The notes under the pieces are model-generated. The model was not told the origin of the DNA. It saw only the letters and a program-made list of their open reading frames with translations, and made no database searches. A DNA stretch of 64,000 nt from Vampirovibrionales bacterium (GTDB taxonomy: Bacteria > Cyanobacteriota > Vampirovibrionia > Vampirovibrionales > JAJTHC01), in assembly GCA_044358835.1 (NCBI GenBank), contig JBIKNF010000008.1, positions 9,873 through 73,872 of the forward strand, given 5' to 3'. Made by a program: the position numbers and the translations under genes. How positions within the stretch are numbered: position 1 is the first letter of the stretch; each line of letters begins with the position of its first letter. Positions 62,063 through 64,000 of this stretch are shown in pieces.

Positions 62063-63880
62063 TTATTTGTCTCCTTCTGAAGAGGCTGAACCCCAGCAGT
62101 GCGCTTCAAACTCCGCGCGATCTAAAAATGGGGCCATGTCTTCCAGCGAGGGGGAGACCATGCTGCCATCAGGGAGCTGGCGAGCGGAAAGTTTGGGACT
62201 GAAGCTGTACTCTGAATCCACCACCACTTCGCAGACCATCGGCCCTTCGCTAGCGAGTACCTCAAGCAAACGCTCACGCAAGTCTTCAGCATCTTGAATA
62301 CAGCAAGCAGGGAGTCCAAAAGCCTGGGCGACTTTGACAAAATCAGGCACGCTCACGCCACTACAGGCGGAAGAAGCCGTCATTCGGCCCTTGAAAAAAT
62401 TTCGCTGGGTGTTTTTAATCGAAGCGTAGCCGCCGTTTTGAATGATAAAGAGTTTAATGGGCAATTGGTGATACCGCAACGTTTCAAGCTCCTGAAGGTT
62501 CATCATAATAGAACCATCCCCCGAAAGGCAAATCACGGGGCGGCCTTTGGCTTCTAAGGCAACACCAATGGCAGCAGGTAAATCATAGCCCATCGAAGCG
62601 TTGCCCGAATTAAGCAAAAAGCGTTGCCCCGCCTTTACTTGAGCCGTTTGAAAGCTACACACACAGGCGGAGCCATTGGCCATCACCCAAATGGCGTTTT
62701 CAGGCGTTGCCTCAGAAAGGGTTCGCACGAAGTGATAGGGATTAAGCAAGTTGGCATCGCTTTGTTGATATTCGGGGGTGTTGGCGTGGGCAAAGCGATC
62801 TTTGCAGGCTTGGCACCAGCGAATCCAGTCGGGGGTGGCGTGAGCGGGCATCGCCAAAAGCAAGGCGGGCAGAAAGTCCGCCAAGTCCGCATGAATGGGC
62901 AAATCAGGGACTACGGTGGGCTTTTTCAGCTCTGCTTCGTCGATATCCACCACAATTTTAAAAGCGTTTTTGGCGTAATTTTCATAGTTGTAACTGACTT
63001 GACGAATGTTGTTTCGCGTTCCTAAACACAGCACGACATCCGCATTTTGAAGGGCAAAGTTGCCTGCTCGCTGCCCAATCGTACCGATGCGTCCTGCAAA
63101 CAGCGGGTGATCTTCACTCAGCACGTCCATACCGTTAAAAGTCGTTACCACGGGAATTTGGAGGCTTTCTAGCAAGGTGGCAAAAGTCGATTCTTGCTTG
63201 GAAAGCCGAATCCCATGCCCTGCCACAATCAAAGGACGCTTGGCTTGCAGCAAGCGAGCCAGCACGGCGTCCATCGGAAGGCTTGCCGTGTTGGCCGCGG
63301 GGGGCGTAAAAGCAGGCAATGTATCGGGATCAATCATAGCACCTTGCACGTTTAGCGGAATATCCAACCACACAGGGCCAAAGCGTCCGTGGGTGGCTTC
63401 GCAGATGGCTTTGTCTAAGTGGTAACGAATCTGTTGAGGATCTGTTACCATCACGGCATATTTGCTGAGGGGTGAAACAAGGCGGATGATATCGACTTCC
63501 TGATCGCCCAGCTGACGCAAGGGAACTTCGGGATGCGTTTGCTTGAATGAGGCCAATGTGGTACTGTATTTCACTTGCCCTGAAAGATACAGAACAGGTA
63601 CGGAATCGGTCCATTGACCAAACACGCCATTAAGGGTGTTAATCCCTCCTGGGCCAGTGGTTACGTTGACCACCGCCAAACGTTGGTTTACTCGGGCGTA
63701 GCCTTCGGCGGCAATGGCACAGGCTTGTTCGTGGTGATTGGCCATGTACGAAAGGTGTTGGCCCAAGCTGTCGTTTAGGTGCATGGCTCCGCCGCCAGAA
63801 ACCATAAAAACATGCTCAACACCATGCACTTCTTTTAAGCGCTGGGCAATGTAATCGGAAACTTTCAGCAAAGGGGCCAT
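62063..63880 (-). CDS. ThDP-dependent enzyme, acetolactate synthase large-subunit-like (YerE-like by context)
   Basis: HHEQAC, VTTGPGGIN, SMGYDLPAAIG, ThDP motif GDGSIMMN...NGGY. Upstream of SDR and glycosyltransferase genes. Confidence 0.9.
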   Translation of the reverse strand: MAPLLKVSDYIAQRLKEVHGVEHVFMVSGGGAMHLNDSLGQHLSYMANHHEQACAIAAEGYARVNQRLAVVNVTTGPGGINTLNGVFGQWTDSVPVLYLSGQVKYSTTLASFKQTHPEVPLRQLGDQEVDIIRLVSPLSKYAVMVTDPQQIRYHLDKAICEATHGRFGPVWLDIPLNVQGAMIDPDTLPAFTPPAANTASLPMDAVLARLLQAKRPLIVAGHGIRLSKQESTFATLLESLQIPVVTTFNGMDVLSEDHPLFAGRIGTIGQRAGNFALQNADVVLCLGTRNNIRQVSYNYENYAKNAFKIVVDIDEAELKKPTVVPDLPIHADLADFLPALLLAMPAHATPDWIRWCQACKDRFAHANTPEYQQSDANLLNPYHFVRTLSEATPENAIWVMANGSACVCSFQTAQVKAGQRFLLNSGNASMGYDLPAAIGVALEAKGRPVICLSGDGSIMMNLQELETLRYHQLPIKLFIIQNGGYASIKNTQRNFFKGRMTASSACSGVSVPDFVKVAQAFGLPACCIQDAEDLRERLLEVLASEGPMVCEVVVDSEYSFSPKLSARQLPDGSMVSPSLEDMAPFLDRAEFEAHCWGSASSEGDK

Positions 63881-64000
63881 GGGAAATCCTTTATACCAAC
63901 ATCAAAACGTTGTAAAAATAGGCTAAAAATAGACTAGACGACCAATGACGGAGTCGTTTCAAGCCATTTTTCCAATCGAAGCTGTGCCGTTTTAGGTGAC

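Overview
Bacterial chromosomal window of moderate GC, mostly housekeeping genes: glyS (partial), purB, pyrG, dapA, asd, pyk, an E2 acyltransferase, murI, an AmiC-type amidase, murJ, a tRNA nucleotidyltransferase, mfd, dapB, tRNA-Gly-tig-clpP-clpX, flgG-flgA, fusA, hom-thrC, ispG, rqcH and part of a surface-polysaccharide cluster. Cyanobacteria-like core proteins, flagellar genes and no photosynthesis genes suggest a non-photosynthetic cyanobacterial relative (Vampirovibrionia/Melainabacteria); this is an inference. The most notable signals are: (1) a ~200-270 bp structured element in three copies, each directly 3' of a gene and in the same relative orientation, whose hairpins show compensatory base changes; (2) two intergenic arrays of the same 21-22 bp repeat, 50 kb apart; (3) a 31-bp direct repeat bracketing an orphan membrane-protein gene; (4) a curlin-like N/G/Q-rich protein with no signal peptide, beside a HerA-type ATPase and two pilin-like genes; (5) an unknown membrane protein behind a Fur-box-like operator; (6) an AT-rich DUF3644/HEPN-like gene; (7) a ThDP enzyme in a sugar cluster (YerE-like). 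No CRISPR array, rRNA, transposase or integrase was recognised. All calls come from reading the sequence; no searches were run.
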